A stretch of DNA of 63,550 bases, counting the filler, from Guillardia theta CCMP2712 (Eukaryota > Protista > Cryptophyta): the NCBI RefSeq assembly GCF_000315625.1. It is 8 parts of 8 records of this genome, joined end to end, with 100 filler letters (N's around TTAATTAATTAA, not from the genome) between each part and the next. Parts side by side here need not be neighbours in the genome. Positions count along the whole stretch, not along the records: positions 29,660 to 48,892 come from NW_005434345.1; 7 more parts are not named here. The stretch is one strand, 5' to 3'. This document shows, one piece after another, positions 37,109-47,781 of the stretch (the stretch's first letter is position 1; each line of letters opens with the position of its first letter). The position numbers and the translations under genes were made by a program. Under the pieces are notes generated by a model, which had not been told where the DNA came from, did not search any database, and was given only the letters and a program-made list of their open reading frames with translations.

Positions 37109-38921
37109 AGGGGTGTTAGAGCATTTTGGAGGAGGGGTGTTAGAGCATTTTGGAGTGCAAACCAGCAACTGATGATTGGGATCGAGCGAGAGGGGACAGA
37201 TGACTGGCTCTTTCTATCACTGCTACCTGCAAACACAATCACGAAAGCAATTGTAGCACTAGAAGAATCGGATAAAACAACATGGGAGATAGCAGGATAC
37301 CGTGATCTCACGGATCATCTCCCAATGCAGAAGGTTAGAGAGCTTGAGGACGCGGACCATACAAGATTCTTCTTCAGCGTCAACGCATGCACGAAACAAG
37401 GGACCTGCTCAAAATGCTCAAACATCGGATGTATGCTCCCCTTGGCTGACTCAAGCGACGAGATCATCGGAGGGGGAGGGATGACCCCGTACTGCACAAA
37501 ATGTAAGTCGTTCACAACCGTGGCCCCAAGACGGATCACACCGCCTGAGGGGGTGCAGCTTTCAAGGAGACAACAACAGGAAATCACCAGACCCCTGGCA
37601 CCGGGAGAGATTGATGTCTGGCTCGCCTCGGCGCCGAGACGAAAGGCTGCAGGACTTGACCTCATTTCGAACGAAGTGCTGCGAGCGCTGCCACCAGCAT
37701 GCCGAGAGGAAGTTGGCAAGTTAGTCAATGCAGCCCTAGAAGGCAAAGCTGAGGTTCTCAACAAGACAGCGAGAGTACGCCTCCTGCCAAAAAATCAATT
37801 CTGTCACATTCTCGAAAACATGCGGCCTATATGCGTCATGTCAACGCTTACTCGGCTGGTTCAGGCAATCCTGGCGCATCGTCTGAGTAAGACAGTAGAA
37901 GCAAATAACGTCCTCACAAACTTCCAGGAGGGGTTCCGTCCAGGCAGAAGCACAAGTCGGCAGGCTCATCGACTGATCTCGATCGTAGAAGAAGCAGAAG
38001 AGGCCAAAACGTCTCAGGCTCATTCTCTTGTACCTTGACTTTGCGAACTTCTTTAACAATGTGGCAATCGAGGTGGTCGAGCAGGCAATGAACAGCCTAG
38101 GCTTCCATCCTGAGGACATTAGAACTGTGATAGCCTGCAACAGTGGAGTCGAGCTGCAAATACAAACAAACGAGTTCAACACAGGGAAAATACCTCTAAT
38201 GATCGGGCTGCCTCAAGGTGGAGCAAGTAGCCCACAATTGGCCAACTTGGTGCTATGCATCCTCTCTAGGCAATTGGACAAGTGCAGCACAGGAACAACA
38301 AACAACCTGTCCTTCGCCGATGACATGGTAGAGTCATCGCACACACGATGAAAGAAATGCGAGAATTGGTAGCAGTGGTGGATTCCTTCTGCAAATGGTC
38401 AGGACTGCAAATCAACAATAAGAAATCAGAGATAACCAGCTTCGACTATGCTCGCAAGGGAGAGGTTCCTGGTGCGAACAAAATAACGGTCATGGGGGAA
38501 CCTGTCGAAGCCCTACCGGCTACTAAACCGTTCAAATATCTCGGCTATCGCATCTCTCTGTGGAAGGAAGAAAGACGAAGAATAAAGGGCTGCCCTTTCA
38601 CTTGGGGAGAACGAGCATACGTCTTTGAAAAAACCAAAGAACTGATCAAAAACATCAGCTCGTCGAGTTATACTCCTGCGCAAAAATTCTACCTGGTGAA
38701 AGTTGGAATTCTCAACGTCTTTCGCTACTCCGCAGTCATGACTGGATGGACTTGGCGAGATCTACAAGAATTAGATCAACTGTGGATCAGAGCTTTTAAA
38801 CAAGCGTTAGGACTGAGCAAAAGTACAGGGAATGGTATATTCTACCTGCCAACAGAGAATGGAGGGCTGCAGGTCCCTCATCCTGCCCCAATCCTAGGGC
38901 GAGCAGCGCTACGATACATCG
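37109..38921 (+). pseudogene. Non-LTR ORF, N-terminal part (RT domain) with two frameshifts (about 38005 and 38330)
   Basis: Three consecutive ORFs (37172-38038, 38028-38351, 38348-38921) carry successive RT motifs; the frame is open back to the 5' junction. Confidence 0.9.
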
Positions 38922-39168
38922 TGTTGTATCCATGAGGATCCGGAACCTCGGATACTCGTCGGATACTCTGCCGGATATTCCCTATATAGGCGGACGCATC
39001 TCGTGCGGACGGCCTCCTGAATTTCCCCCACTTGCATGCACAGTGAGTGTGGTGGTTGTGCGTAGTTTACCTCCTAGTAAACTTAGAGACTTCTATTTCC
39101 TGCTTCTCAATCTTCTTCATCCTTACTTTACTCGTGTCGTTGACAATCTCTGTGTTGTGTATACAACA
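38922..39168 (+). repeat. 5' LTR (247 bp) with TATA-like CCTATATAGG at 38981-38990
   Basis: Direct repeat of 44630-44877, differing only at one spot (AT vs GTG); 8-bp terminal inverted repeats. Confidence 0.97.
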
Positions 39169-39192
39169 TTCTGGAAGCGAAGTGGTTGATTC

Positions 39193-40737
39193 ATGACCTC
39201 GAAACAAGGAAGAGGAGGAAAGAAACCTCAGCCGGAAAGGAGCCCTCAACCTCGATCCAAGCAATCAGGAGCATTTCAAACAGAAATTGCTGAAGAGAGT
39301 TCTGAGGAAGAAGTCGAATGGAGCGAGCGGCTGCAGCTGCAGCAGCAGCAGCTTTCTCCGAGTCAGACCAGTGGATCTTTGACTCAACCTTATAGGGATG
39401 GAGATGTACAACGTGAAGCGCTGTCTAGCGCGGATCAACGGGCCCGAAACAAGAGGGATACTCCCTTGCGAAGTATTCTGCGATCAGAGGAGGCAACTCA
39501 GAGAGCAGCCTCCCCTGCAACATCGGTACGTCTGCCAAGCTCGGAAAATTTTTCATCCGACCCCGTCATGTCCTCGCCAGTGGCGCAGGACCGAGCTCTT
39601 CTCCTTCTTCGTCGAATGTGTGCCCTCCTGGCTGACACCATGCAGGACGAGCGTTTCCACATGCTCGCCAATGCTGCCGACGAGTTTGCGACAGCCGACG
39701 CTGCTGCAACACCAGAGCTCCCTCCTCTCGCACGGAAAGTTACCCTGCAAGAGGCTAATGCTGATATCTATTCAGCTGAGGAATCGGCTAGCGCTGAATC
39801 CTCTGATCAGGAACCAGTCCTCTCCAATCGGACTCTCGTGAATGTGCTAACGAACTCCAAGAGTTTCAATTCCAGCCGCATTCCGATGTACAAAGGTTTT
39901 GCTGATCCCCGCTCTGTCGAAGAATTCCTTCGTCAGTGCAACCGCGAATTAATCGCTCAAGAGATCCCAACTCGCAAATGGGTGAAAAGCATCACGCCGT
40001 TGTTCACCAACGAAGTGATGGTGGTGGTAGAACGTAAGTACGGAAAGAGTCTCGAGGCCATCAACAAGCTTAAATGGGATGAATTTTCAACTCATCTAAG
40101 TTCGTGTCTAGCCCCAATGCGGCAAGCCAAGAACTATCAGACTCAGCTTGATCAGCTCAAGCAGCAGCCCAACGAATCCGCTTGGGCGTACCTGACTCGC
40201 GCCACGACACTGTTCGCAACGCTCGAATCGCAGGTAGGGTCAGCCATACTGTACTTCAACGATCAGCCACTCCGGAAATTCATCAAGGGATTTTCGCATA
40301 CGCCGACGCGCACGTCTATCCACACATGGTTTACGATTTATCGCAGTCAGTACGGACACGGAGAAGACATGTTCTCTCGCCTAGTCACTTTCATCACAGC
40401 TCTTCTGGACGATGGTGAACCGCTAACAGTGTCTAAGCAGCCTAACAATTCAGCTGCTGCTAACGCTGCGCAGACCTCTTCGCACACTAAGGCCAAAGCT
40501 ACCGGTGGGCAGAACAAGAAGAAGTCCAACGGTAAAGAAAACCAGCGCAAGCAGAAGTCCATCCGTTGTTTTTACTGTCAAGAACCGGGTCACATCAAGC
40601 CGGACTGCGAGCAGTATAAGCGCGAAGTCGCCCTCCAGCTGGAGCGCCATGAGAAACTCATGGCAACCCAGCACGAACAGCATGTTCAGCTTTTAGCTGC
40701 TCTTCAACCGCTCGCATCGCGCGCGGGAAACGAGTAG
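39193..40737 (+). CDS. gag: Gag with CCHC zinc knuckle
   Basis: 514 aa; major-homology-like LKQQPNESAWAYLTR; knuckle CFYCQEPGHIKPDC. Confidence 0.92.
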   Translation: MTSKQGRGGKKPQPERSPQPRSKQSGAFQTEIAEESSEEEVEWSERLQLQQQQLSPSQTSGSLTQPYRDGDVQREALSSADQRARNKRDTPLRSILRSEEATQRAASPATSVRLPSSENFSSDPVMSSPVAQDRALLLLRRMCALLADTMQDERFHMLANAADEFATADAAATPELPPLARKVTLQEANADIYSAEESASAESSDQEPVLSNRTLVNVLTNSKSFNSSRIPMYKGFADPRSVEEFLRQCNRELIAQEIPTRKWVKSITPLFTNEVMVVVERKYGKSLEAINKLKWDEFSTHLSSCLAPMRQAKNYQTQLDQLKQQPNESAWAYLTRATTLFATLESQVGSAILYFNDQPLRKFIKGFSHTPTRTSIHTWFTIYRSQYGHGEDMFSRLVTFITALLDDGEPLTVSKQPNNSAAANAAQTSSHTKAKATGGQNKKKSNGKENQRKQKSIRCFYCQEPGHIKPDCEQYKREVALQLERHEKLMATQHEQHVQLLAALQPLASRAGNE

Positions 40738-40785
40738 CAGCGGTAGGCAATGAGAGGGGAGCATCACTTGCTCCTCCTGCCGCTG
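40725..40785 (+). promoter_or_regulatory. Programmed -1 ribosomal frameshift signal (G GGA AAC plus stem-loop)
   Basis: Slippery heptamer 40725-40731 in the gag frame; hairpin CAGCGGTAGG(40738-47)/CCTGCCGCTG(40776-85) with inner GGAGCA/TGCTCC; the -1 frame is open into pol. Confidence 0.85.
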
Positions 40786-43700
40786 GTCTTTGCCCCAGCC
40801 CTCTCTTACCAGGTAGCAGCGCTTTACCTCCTCATCGGAGCTCGCTAAGCCATTTCGTGCTGCCGCCTGATCGGAACGCGTCGTGTTCCACGGCCGCGTC
40901 CCTTCCTCCGGGTCAACTACATGTTTGCCCCTGCTTAGCCCTCAGCCGTGGCGACGCCTCCGCGCCGCTTCAGCTCGCCTTACCCGATCTTATTCGGCTC
41001 CCCGTTAGCGTCAGCTCTTCCCGAGTTCATGCTCACCAGACCGTTGCCCTGCTCGATCACGGCGCGACGATCAATATCATGTCTCAGCAGCTTTTTCAGC
41101 AGCTGGGCCTCTCCGAGACTCTGCTACAGCGTGATACGCAGTTCACCGTGCAAGTTGCGGACGACCGCCAAGTGCAAACCCTCGGCGCCGTCTCGCTCGC
41201 CTATCGCATCGGCCGCTTTTCAAGCAAAGATACGTTTCATATCTTGCCACGTTGTTCTCAACCCCTGATCTTGTCCCTCCAGTGGATACATCGTCACAAC
41301 GCTGTCTACGTTCCGCGGACCCGAGAAGTGTTCGTCGATTCCCCCAAAGCTCGACGAGCCCCTCCGATTAGCTTGCCAGTTCAGCATCAAGTGCCCTACA
41401 AGGACTCGGTCTTAGCCGTGACAACCGTCTCGCTCACCGATGCTCACGCTCTACGTGTCGCCAATCCTAACGAGGAATGGTTCTTGTTGCACCTGCATGT
41501 CCCAACGACAGCTTCCGCCTCGGCCTCTTCCGCCGACCCGCCAGTGGGCGCCCCTGCTCACCTTGCTCAAGCCCTCTCTGAGGAATTCGCCGACGTCCTC
41601 GTCGACGACCTGCCGCAAGGACTTCAGATCAACCGTCCCCCTCAGTTTGACGCTCACATTCAGCTCAAGCCAGGGACCTTGCCCATCAACTGCAGGCCAT
41701 ATCGCATCCCCCTTCATCTTGAAGGAGAACTCCAGGCTACCATCGCGTACATGCTCGAACACGACATCATCGAGCCATCCAATAGTGAGTTTGCCTTTCC
41801 TGTGCTTTTCAGTCGACGCCCCAACGATCCACGCTCCCCAACTGATCCCAAAAGCTACCGCTTTTGCTGCGACCTTCGCCGCTTGAACCAAGTCGTCTTG
41901 AATCAGCAGACCGCCGCAACTCCTACCGTCGTCGATGAGATGTTGGAAAAGATCGCCGACACAGTCCGTCAAGGCAAAGCCCGTCGCAAAACCGATGAGC
42001 AGCTATGCATCACTACGCTTGATTGTATCAAGAGTTTTTGGCAGGTACTCGTACGTGTTCCTGATCGCCGATATCTCGCGTTCATTACACCGATTGGTCA
42101 CTACCAATACAAGCGCCTACCATTTGGATTCATCACTGCCAGCAGCATATTCCAAGGATTCATCCAGCAGGTCCTCCATGATCTACCCCACACGTTTGCA
42201 TACATCGACGACATCGTCATCGCTACGTATTCCACCTGGGAAGCTCATGCCGATCACGTTCGCGCCGTGCTTCAACGCTGTCGCGAGCATCAGGTCTTCC
42301 TTAAGAGAGAGAAAGCTCAATTCTTTCGCACTAGTGTTGACTTCTTAGGTCACCGTGTCTCCGCCGACGGCGTGACGACCCAACACTCCAAGACGGCGGC
42401 TATCTCCGCGTGGCCGCTACCGACGACTACTAAACAAGTCAAGATGTTTCTTGGACTAGCTTCCTATTATCGAAAGTTCATCCGCAACTTCTCGACAATA
42501 GCAGCCCCTCTGACTGACCTTCTCCGCAAGGGCGCTCAGTTTCAGTGGACTGCAGCATGTCAAAGCGCGTTCGACAACCTCAAGCAAGCTCTGACGTCTC
42601 AGCCCCTCCTGCATCACTTCGACCCGTCCATTCCGACCGAAGTGCACTGCGACGCGTCCAATGTCGGGATAGGAGGCGTACTTCTACAGCAGCCTCCCAA
42701 CGCCCCCGCCCGCGTCATCGGATTCTACAGTCGTAAGTTGACTCCGACCGAACAACGATATCACGCGACCGAACGAGAGTTACTCGCAATCAAGGATACC
42801 ATCCTTTTCTTCAAGTTCTACTTGATAGGGACTCCATTCAAGGTCTTTACTGATCATCAAGCTCTTACGTATTTCCAGACACAGAAAGACATCAACAGCA
42901 GATTGATTCGTTGGCTTCAAACGCTCAGCGAGTTTGCAATCACCGAGTACTGTTACGTCAAAGGTTCTCAGAACGTCGTCCCCGACGCTCTCAGCCGTCA
43001 AGATGAAGTTCCCCTCTCGACTGCAGTCGCTCCTCATCACGAGCAACTCTCCCGTCAAGAGGACGGCTTCTTGCTCGCCTTCACCGTCAGCGCCTTGCAG
43101 CCTTTGTCGGACCAGATTCAAGCCGCCTACGAGACGTGCGACTTCTGTCGTCCTCTTATCCAACGTCTCCGCGCCAAGTCTTCCGTCACTTCTTTTCATC
43201 TGGATGATGAGCTTCTGTTTTATACAGATTCGCTGCGCCGCATCCGCCTGTGCATTCCGCAAGCATTGCGTCGAGAAGTTCTCTTCCGCGCCCACGACCT
43301 TCAGTCCCACCTCGGGTTTTCACGAACCTACCTTCAGCTAGCAGCAACCGTTTATTGGCCCCAGCTTCGGAAAGATACCGAGCTTTACATCCTGTCATGC
43401 CAGCATTGTCTTCAAGGGAAATCTTATCGACAACGACCAATGGGTACTCCTCATTCCCACGCCGTTCCCTCGACACGCTTCGAAGTCGTCAGTCTCGACT
43501 TGCTGACCGGACTCCCACGAACTCGAGATAAGAACGATGCAATTCTTCTCTTCATTGACGAGTTCACAGGGCGAGTTTATCTCACCCCCTGCCGTAAATC
43601 GATTACTTCTGAACAAGCTGCTCAAAAATTCATCGAAACCGTGTTTCGATCCCAAGGCCTTCCTCAGGTCCTTATCAGCGACAACGCTGCCATCTTTTCG

Positions 43701-44555
43701 TCCAGATTCTGGAACGCGCTCTTCAAGATGCTCAACGTTCACGTGAAGCATTCGTCGCCTTTTATGCCTCAAAGCAACGGTCGACCCGAGCGTATGAACT
43801 CCGTCGTCCTCGAAGCTCTGCGTATCTACACCACGCAGTATCTCCGAGCCGATTGGGATAGCCCTTTCGAAGTCATGTTCGGCAAACCTATCAGGACACA
43901 ACTCTCTCTGCCCTCACCTGACGATCATCAGGACGAGACCCTCGACTCCATTCGTGAAGCAACCGAAGTCAGCGCCGAAGCTGCCCGAGCTGCTCTCGAA
44001 GCTGCAGCGCGAGCCACCGAAGCTCGCCTTGCGCAGGCCCGTCGTCCCTGCCGCTATCAAGTTGGAGATCTGGTTTGGCTCTCTACCGCCAACCTCAACA
44101 TCCCCGACGCCGCCTCGAAGCTCAACCCTCGCTTCGTTGGTCCCTTCCGCATCCTGGAATTTGTTTCAGACAACACCGTTCGTCTCGACGTCTCTCCTCG
44201 CTTCGCATCGATCAGAAACACCGTCATCAACATCAAGTGGCTTCGTCCGCATACAGAGCGCGACCCTGCCTATCAAGATCCCCAGCGACCACCCGAACCT
44301 CTGGCCACCAGAGACGGCTTGGAATACGAGATCGAGAGCATCCTCAGCAAACGTCGTCGCGGTCGAGGTATTCAGTACCTTGTTAAGTGGACAGGCTATG
44401 ATCAAGTCAGTGAGAACAATTGGCTCCCTGCTCGTGAATTGCAGAAGAAATCAGGTCTTCGCGAACTCATCCGTCAATTCGAAGAACGTGAAGCTCTTCA
44501 AGCTTTACCCTCCAACGCCTTGGACTCCTCCGACTCGTCCGAAGTGGAACTTTGA
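40725..44555 (+). CDS. pol: Pol polyprotein (protease, RT, RNase H, integrase, chromodomain)
   Basis: LLDHGAT; YIDD; DAS/ERELLAI/TDHQAL/DALSR; HHCC plus D-D-E (SLD, SDN, PERMN); GPF; chromodomain YEIESIL...YLVKWTGY...W. Confidence 0.95.
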   Translation, partial: GKRVAAVGNERGASLAPPAAGLCPSPLLPGSSALPPHRSSLSHFVLPPDRNASCSTAASLPPGQLHVCPCLALSRGDASAPLQLALPDLIRLPVSVSSSRVHAHQTVALLDHGATINIMSQQLFQQLGLSETLLQRDTQFTVQVADDRQVQTLGAVSLAYRIGRFSSKDTFHILPRCSQPLILSLQWIHRHNAVYVPRTREVFVDSPKARRAPPISLPVQHQVPYKDSVLAVTTVSLTDAHALRVANPNEEWFLLHLHVPTTASASASSADPPVGAPAHLAQALSEEFADVLVDDLPQGLQINRPPQFDAHIQLKPGTLPINCRPYRIPLHLEGELQATIAYMLEHDIIEPSNSEFAFPVLFSRRPNDPRSPTDPKSYRFCCDLRRLNQVVLNQQTAATPTVVDEMLEKIADTVRQGKARRKTDEQLCITTLDCIKSFWQVLVRVPDRRYLAFITPIGHYQYKRLPFGFITASSIFQGFIQQVLHDLPHTFAYIDDIVIATYSTWEAHADHVRAVLQRCREHQVFLKREKAQFFRTSVDFLGHRVSADGVTTQHSKTAAISAWPLPTTTKQVKMFLGLASYYRKFIRNFSTIAAPLTDLLRKGAQFQWTAACQSAFDNLKQALTSQPLLHHFDPSIPTEVHCDASNVGIGGVLLQQPPNAPARVIGFYSRKLTPTEQRYHATERELLAIKDTILFFKFYLIGTPFKVFTDHQALTYFQTQKDINSRLIRWLQTLSEFAITEYCYVKGSQNVVPDALSRQDEVPLSTAVAPHHEQLSRQEDGFLLAFTVSALQPLSDQIQAAYETCDFCRPLIQRLRAKSSVTSFHLDDELLFYTDSLRRIRLCIPQALRREVLFRAHDLQSHLGFSRTYLQLAATVYWPQLRKDTELYILSCQHCLQGKSYRQRPMGTPHSHAVPSTRFEVVSLDLLTGLPRTRDKNDAILLFIDEFTGRVYLTPCRKSITSEQAAQKFIETVFRSQGLPQVLISDNAAIFSSRFWNALFKMLNVHVKHSSPFMPQSNGRPERMNSVVLEALRIYTTQYLRADWDSPFEVMFGKPIRTQLSLPSPDDHQDETLDSIREATEVSAEAARAALEAAARATEARLAQARRPCRYQVGDLVWLSTANLNIPDAASKLNPRFVGPFRILEFVSDNTVRLDVSPRFASIRNTVINIKWLRPHTERDPAYQDPQRPPEPLATRDGLEYEIESILSKRRRGRGIQYLVKWTGYDQVSENNWLPARELQKKSGLRELIRQFEEREALQALPSNALDSSDSSEVEL

Positions 44556-44629
44556 ATCCTGTCGTTCATCTCCTCATGGTAAGAGCGAAGGACAAGTTGG
44601 AACTAAGTTGTCAAGCGCAGATGGAGCGA

Positions 44630-44877
44630 TGTTGTATCCATGAGGATCCGGAACCTCGGGTGACTCGTCGGATACTCTGCCGGATATTCCCTATATAGGC
44701 GGACGCATCTCGTGCGGACGGCCTCCTGAATTTCCCCCACTTGCATGCACAGTGAGTGTGGTGGTTGTGCGTAGTTTACCTCCTAGTAAACTTAGAGACT
44801 TCTATTTCCTGCTTCTCAATCTTCTTCATCCTTACTTTACTCGTGTCGTTGACAATCTCTGTGTTGTGTATACAACA
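44630..44877 (+). repeat. 3' LTR (248 bp)
   Basis: Near-identical to the 5' LTR; followed by CATCG. Confidence 0.97.
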
Positions 44878-44882
44878 CATCG

Positions 44883-47764
44883 AACGAGAAGTGAATAGTA
44901 AGCAAGGTGGAGACATCCAAGATAGACTGATATCTAAACTCAGAAACTGGTTGGCGGAATGGGGATGCCAAACAATCCTCGAGCTCCAAAGAGAAATGAA
45001 TTTTCGAACCTTGGAACGTGATGTGGTGCGGGGACCCGAAGCTTTAGCAGTCTGGCTGGCGGAAAAACTAAACACGAGGATCAGCTGGGCCCACATAGAA
45101 GCAGGTCACCTACCTGGAAGCATCTCCCTCCTTCATAGGATGGAGGATATGGTGGCAAACTTGAACGACAGCGACAGACCACAAGGCTGGACGACCTTCC
45201 AAGCCTTATGGAGGCAACTCCCGAAACTCCAATTCTCCTTGCTACGCAATATACGACCTATCGCTGACGAAGAACTGCATTTGCCAAGGAAGCTCTGGCC
45301 TTTCCCAAGGCAACGCGAGGAGGCGGAGGGGATCGTAATGCAACTGCTACAAGAAAATGTCATCTGGGTAAGCAGCGTCAACGGAGCATCAGGAACAAAG
45401 AGGAAAAGACGAGAGGTTGCCACGCAGGATAGTGCTACAACCCGAAAACGAAAGTCACACCCGCAATCAGAGGAGGACCGGGAGGAGACATCCAAAAAGC
45501 ATCGGGAAGCAGCAGAAGAGAGAAGGCCACACCCAGCTCATGCAAACACAAGATCCCTCATGGCTAAACTACTAGGCAATCTGGATCAACAGGAACACCT
45601 AATCCTAAAAGGTAAGGAAAGTTTCAAAATCAAGGGCGACATAGCAATCATGGACCGGCCCAGAAGTCACACGGGCCAAGAACAAGACATCAAAGAAGCT
45701 GAACCTTCCCTTCGCTCGGCGCCATTTGCGAGGAAAGAAGATGAAGATGGAGCCAAGAACCCAGAGAAGACAGAGATCCTACTGCAAATTGCTAAGTATA
45801 TCAGCAAAACACATAACAGCTCACTCAACTCGCAAGCTTGGTGGGAACATCTAACCACCGCCATGGCTGAAATTCGAGATAGACAACAAGGCCTTCCGCT
45901 GTCGTACGAATTTCTAGAACACTTGGGGATGCTCGCTGAAACAAAACAGTTCAGCAACTGGCCCACCCTCTATCACCCGACAATCCAGGCCGCAACCGAT
46001 AGCTTGCAGGAAGACGAGGTTCGACGTGAAATAATATGGATCGACCAACAGGAACAATACCTCAGCTACGCCGCATGCGAGTCTGGAACAATCTTGATCG
46101 GATGGAACCAAACTTGCTTCAGGAAAGAAATCCCTGACGGCTTCATGCTAGTCGGTAAGGTACCTAAAGGATCAGAAATATGCTACGCTGCAAATTTCTG
46201 GAGGACGGGCGATCGGAGCCTCAGGAAGGCACAAGACGACCTGATTGTCTACTGCAAGGAGTCGGAACAAGAGAGAATAATTGTCCAACTCACAGTACAC
46301 CTGATCCCTGAACAGGAGGAGCTACAAGAATACCGAAGGAAGCAAAACGAAAACTATCAAGCCTCGGCCAAACAGGAGAAGAACAGGAACCAAGTGTGGT
46401 CCGCAATCCACGGCGACATATCACGAAACAGGAAGGGTCGATCAATGTCGATAGGATACAGCACGCAAGACAAGGAAGGAGAGCAGGAACGCGGAGCGAT
46501 CAAGATACACGGAAAATGCAGCGTCATCAGAGCACATACCATCGCACTCTGCATACTCCTACAAGCGATTTGGGAACAAAGAGGCAAACAGAAAACAATC
46601 AGGAAAATCTTCGTCCTCTTTAAATCAACCCGAATGCATCGCTTTCTTACGGACACCCTCAGATGGTCTACCATGCAGTATGAAGACGAGCTCGTATACG
46701 ACTTGGCAGGAAGACTGCAGGAATGCCTGAGCAAATTTCAGCGGGAGGGCATTGAGATCAACCTCTCTATGATCACAGACCACACCGTAGTGCAAGAAGC
46801 TGCAGAAGAAGCCCGCAAGGGAAAATCCTCCTTCTCCTCCACGTGGGAACGGGCCCTCATCGACAGCGACTTGGGATTCTGCATTGCAGACGAAGATAAC
46901 TTCAAGCCGGGGATGGATCGATTGAAAATATGGGATAAGATAATCAGAGAAGAACAACTGGAACTGAGGAGGAAAGAAGCCCCCCTCACCTTGACGGAAA
47001 CCTTTCTCCTGGAACCACAAGTGGGCAGAAGGATCCTAGGTCGAGCCTTACAGAGGTGTCGCGGATCAGTACTTCGGACAGCTATCCAAGCTATTACCTG
47101 GTCAGCACCAACGAGGAAAAAGCTGTTCCAGTGGAAGAAGACGACATCCCCCTGTTGCCCATGGTGCGAAGGCAGGGAAGAAAGCTGGGTGCATGTTCAG
47201 CTAGCCTGCAAAGAATTTGAGCTCATGATCGCGTTGGCACACAACAGAGTAATGGAGACAATCAAGGGATGCCTGACAGAAAGCTGGAAGAAGAAAAGTG
47301 TTGAACAGGAGAGTTGGTGGCAAACGCCAATCAACTCTATGACAGGGCTAGGACTGACTGCACCAGAGCACGGCAATCTCATACCAGATGGGCTCTGCTA
47401 CTTCAGAGGGAGCAATCGCATTGTGCTGGTGGAGATAGCGAGAACTTCAGAGTTCACGGGCGAGGGAAGCAGTCTGGCAAACCTGAAAGCAAAGTTTCAG
47501 GAGAAAGAACAGAAATATGCAGCACTGCGGGCAGAGATGACAAGCAGGAGCGACAACACAGAGGTCATACAAGCCACGTTCATTGCAGGAGTGAGAGGCA
47601 GTATTATGGAGCGGGAATGGACCACAAATTTCCGGAACTTGCTCATGGACGAGGATATGATTGACAGAGCCATGACCAAGATAGTCATCCAGCTGCTCGA
47701 AGTGCAACACATGCTGTGGACCTCAAGGAGACGAGGAGACACGACTAACAGAGAACAAGCATGA
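44883..47764 (+). pseudogene. Non-LTR ORF, C-terminal part (unknown domain, degenerate RNase H-like region, CCHC, RLE endonuclease)
   Basis: Removing the LTR element and one target-site copy joins ALRYI to EREVNSK in frame; about 960 uninterrupted codons ending with CCHC (47156-47209) and RLE motifs. Confidence 0.88.
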
Positions 47765-47781
47765 AGGATATAAGATGGTTG

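Larger units (their letters stand above)
38922..44877 (+). mobile_element. Full-length Ty3/gypsy chromovirus-type LTR retrotransposon
   Basis: LTRs 38922-39168 and 44630-44877 (TGTTGTAT...ATACAACA); 5-bp target-site duplication CATCG (38917-38921 and 44878-44882); gag then PR-RT-RH-IN-chromo order. Confidence 0.97.

Noticed and set aside
37172-38351. Telomerase or Penelope/Athena-type RT because of the telomere association
   Set aside because: Motifs (RPI, QxGF, PQG, FADD, KYLG, GGL) and the CCHC-RLE C-terminus are those of non-LTR retrotransposons
44756-44882. Signal-peptide-like N-terminus of the 1002-aa ORF
   Set aside because: It is read-through of the gypsy 3' LTR; the true upstream coding sequence is at 38348-38921
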